Shown: piece by piece, positions 48,604-51,182 of the stretch
How positions within the stretch are numbered: position 1 is the stretch's first letter
How the letters are laid out: each line of letters begins with the position of its first letter
NCBI RefSeq assembly: GCF_001194135.2
Contig: NC_068983.1
Span: 99,278,177-99,329,358, forward strand
Direction of reading: 5' to 3'
DNA from: Octopus bimaculoides
Lineage: Eukaryota
DNA length: 51,182 nucleotides
Notes under the pieces: generated by a model
Seen by the model: only the letters and a program-made list of their open reading frames with translations
Told to the model about the DNA's origin: nothing
Database searches by the model: none
Made by a program: the position numbers and the translations under genes

Positions 48604-49049
48604 AAGCACTGTTTACAGTTTCCATCTACCAAATTCACTTACAAAGCTTTGGTTGGTCCAGAGCTTAAAGTTGAAGATACTTGTCCAAGGTGTCACATAG
48701 TGGAATTGAACCTGAAAATACATGAGTTGAGAAGCAAACTTCTTGACCACACAGCTATGTCTGTGCCTATGTTTATCATTAATTATAGATACTTGATATT
48801 TTTTACATACATTTATGCATAGTCGTTTGAAAGAGTAAACTTAAAGAGGATCAAAACTATATTTTTTTATTTCATAATTAGTGCAAATGAGTATAGCAAT
48901 GCCTTTGGCCTTTTCAGCATTTCTTTTTGTCTGTTATTACCTCATCAGAGGAGCTGTAATATTCATGATATTTTGTAAGCCTCTTGATAGAAGTGAAATC
49001 AATGTGTTTAGTTTGAACTTCTTTCTATGTTGATGACTGCCTGTAAAGA

Positions 49050-50560
49050 GTGGGAAAATTCCCAGGAGCTGTAGTTTCTATTGGATTATCCAACCACTAT
49101 GCAACTGAGATGCCCCACCTCACATCAGTCTATCACATGTCATCCTATTCCTTCCAAACATCCTTGAACTTTATGTTAGCTAATATGTTGGAATTTGGCT
49201 AGTTCAGTGCTGACTACCCTTGGTAGCTAATATGCTTCCTTATCTTGTGAGCTATTGAAACCATACTCTATGGTGTATCTTTTCACATCCTCCATGCAAT
49301 CAAATTCCACTAACCAAAATATGTCAAAAGGTTTACTCTCAACTGTCAGGCTAAAATCAGGATCTAAAATCAGGATCTAAAATATTTCAGTATATGTCTC
49401 ATCATCAGATGACTTTGATTATTTCTGCCACAACATGCTCTACAAATTTTACAGAATCACCTCATCTGACTCTCTTTAACCAGGATAGGTCATTAGCAGT
49501 AGCTTTACTGAAAAAGACACCATATTTGCTGTCCATTTTGCTCCTAATATCTCCATGCACATATACCCAAAATACTGAAATGAAAACTTCTTATTCATTT
49601 CACAACCACACTTCTGCATATGGTCTCTGTCCTTTTCTCCTTTATCAAGCCCTTCCATTAAAGCATTAGTCGTCAAGCCCTTATTAACTCATTTTCTATC
49701 AATGCAGATGTCTTAATTTCAGTAATACCCTACTTATATATAGTTTATCAACTAACCTCACACTTGCATCCTTTCAATGGACAAAGATCTTGAGAAACTC
49801 ATCGATAGTGATATGACTACCTTAATTTCTATTTTACAGTACCAAAACCTAGTCACAACAAGCAAAACATACAACATAACACATCCTCTGCTCATGAACA
49901 ACTCACAACAAAAAACTTCACACAAAATTTATAACTATTACCTCATGATCTTAGATCATCTTTCAGGGAAATACGCATCAATAACTCAGTCAAAACTATA
50001 TTCCAAAAGCTTTGTTTTTCTTCAGTGTCAAAAACATACTTCAGTTCTGATAAGTTGCTGATTTTTCTATAAAACTAAAGTGTAACTTCACATATCTGAG
50101 ATTATACTGATGCTTCATACAAGCAAACATCTTAAACTCCATCCCCAAAATAAAATGCTTATTCAACTAATTATCCAGCCTCCACTCATCAACAGATATT
50201 ACCTCTGATTTGCTGTTTCTTTTCTCTGAAACTTATTATTATAATTACTATATATTTCTGCTGTTCAGAACTAACAAGCTGTGCACCACTTCCTTTATAT
50301 ATCAGACTAAAAACTTTTCAATCTTTCTCTTCTAGAACTGTAGCTTTCTGGAACTATCCCACCTCTGTGTTTTTCCTGCAAGCATCAACCTTCAGATGTT
50401 TATACTGAATATTGGTCTCATCGACCGTGACAAGATTTTTAAAGGCTAAAGAGGCTGCATCTCTTCTCTGAACTAAATGATAAAACAAAGCAGATTTGAA
50501 AGCAAATGTTAACTGTATTAACTTCACTCAGCAGTCTTAATCCTCCAGTCTAGGAAAGTT
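49050..50560 (+). mobile_element. Decayed CR1/L2-type LINE fragment
   Basis: LFNQDRSLAVA..EKDTIFAVHFAPN resembles the CR1/L2 linker (LFN.DG..AV....KA..FA..F..N); LEKLID is RT-like. Heavily eroded. Confidence 0.4.
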
Positions 50561-50662
50561 TGAATCAGTAATGGGCTCTGTTCTGTCTCCCCTGACTAAA
50601 CTAATGAAAAATAAATGGAAATAAATTGCTATTATTGATTAGTTGATGTTTGTCTGTTGCAG

Positions 50663-50783
50663 GTGGACCACAGCAGTACGCCAATCTCAGTTGAACAGCA
50701 ACAACATGGCAGCTGCTGCTTACAAAGCTGACTTGATTCGTGGAGAGTTAGAAGATGCAGCTAACAAAGTAGACAGTGCCAAA
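50663..50783 (+). CDS. ARHGAP17/ARHGAP44-like: Internal coding exon (121 nt), BAR domain; gene continues beyond the window
   Basis: ttgcag| (R)WTTAVRQSQLNSNNMAAAAYKADLIRGELEDAANKVDSAK |gtatga. CG|G = Arg keeps the frame; resembles KADALREEMEEAANRVE. Confidence 0.92.
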
Positions 50784-51117
50784 GTATGATATTCCTTGAT
50801 ATTTGAGAGAATGTAAAAAATGTGTGTGTATGTGTGTACATGTGTATTTATATGTATGTATATTTGTTCTTCTGGTTTTATTTTTCAAATTTCTCTCCAA
50901 TTAAAAAATAGCTAGTCTCTAACCCAGAAACCATACTCTTTCAATGGAATTTAGATATCAATCAAGTCTTTGTGTGTGTGTGTGTGTGTTTGTTGTATGC
51001 ATACATGCTGGCCTTTCTTTGTGTGTATGAATCTGTGTTTTGGTTAATGTATGTATACTTATCTATGTTTGTATGTCTATATGTGTGTATATGTATACCC
51101 ATGAAAAAAGTAATAAC

Positions 51118-51129
51118 ACACACACATAC

Positions 51130-51182
<53 letters not shown>
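51118..51182. repeat. (CA)/(CATA)/(TA)n microsatellite at the window end
   Basis: Directly visible. Confidence 0.95.

Noticed and set aside
1-51182. Prokaryotic systems (operons, defence islands, rRNA)
   Set aside because: Spliceosomal exon-intron structure, microsatellites and metazoan TEs throughout; no long intact ORFs or rRNA-like sequence. The remaining short ORFs in the track are repeat-derived or chance.

Overview
AT-rich, CpG-poor eukaryotic genomic DNA. The repeat families suggest a coleoid cephalopod, probably Octopus; this is inferred from recalled repeat families, not from a database search. The window lies inside a large + strand gene encoding an N-BAR + RhoGAP protein of the RICH/Nadrin family (ARHGAP17/ARHGAP44-like). 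Five internal coding exons (19868-20009, 40232-40308, 42357-42468, 47146-47222, 50663-50783) splice in one open frame of 176 codons covering most of the BAR domain. None of them appears in the ORF track. The first exon and the RhoGAP domain were not found and probably lie outside the window. The remaining ~99% is intron filled with mobile DNA: a decayed Ty3/gypsy element (27670-31803) with both LTRs, PBS, PPT and a 5-bp TSD, nested in a CR1/L2-type LINE; a solo LTR; a full-length dead mariner; RTE, CR1/L2, R4/Dong-like and Penelope-like fragments; tRNA-derived SINEs; hAT and piggyBac MITEs; Helitron/Helentron-type elements; microsatellites; and three N gaps. The most interesting unexplained structure is a 760-bp TSD-flanked fold-back element (23757-24516) made of back-to-back tRNA-like Pol III heads, each running into a minimal hammerhead ribozyme motif. 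Other hammerhead-like motifs in the window are core-intact only antisense to the host pre-mRNA. Coordinates of old repeats are approximate (about +/-20 bp unless a TSD is given).
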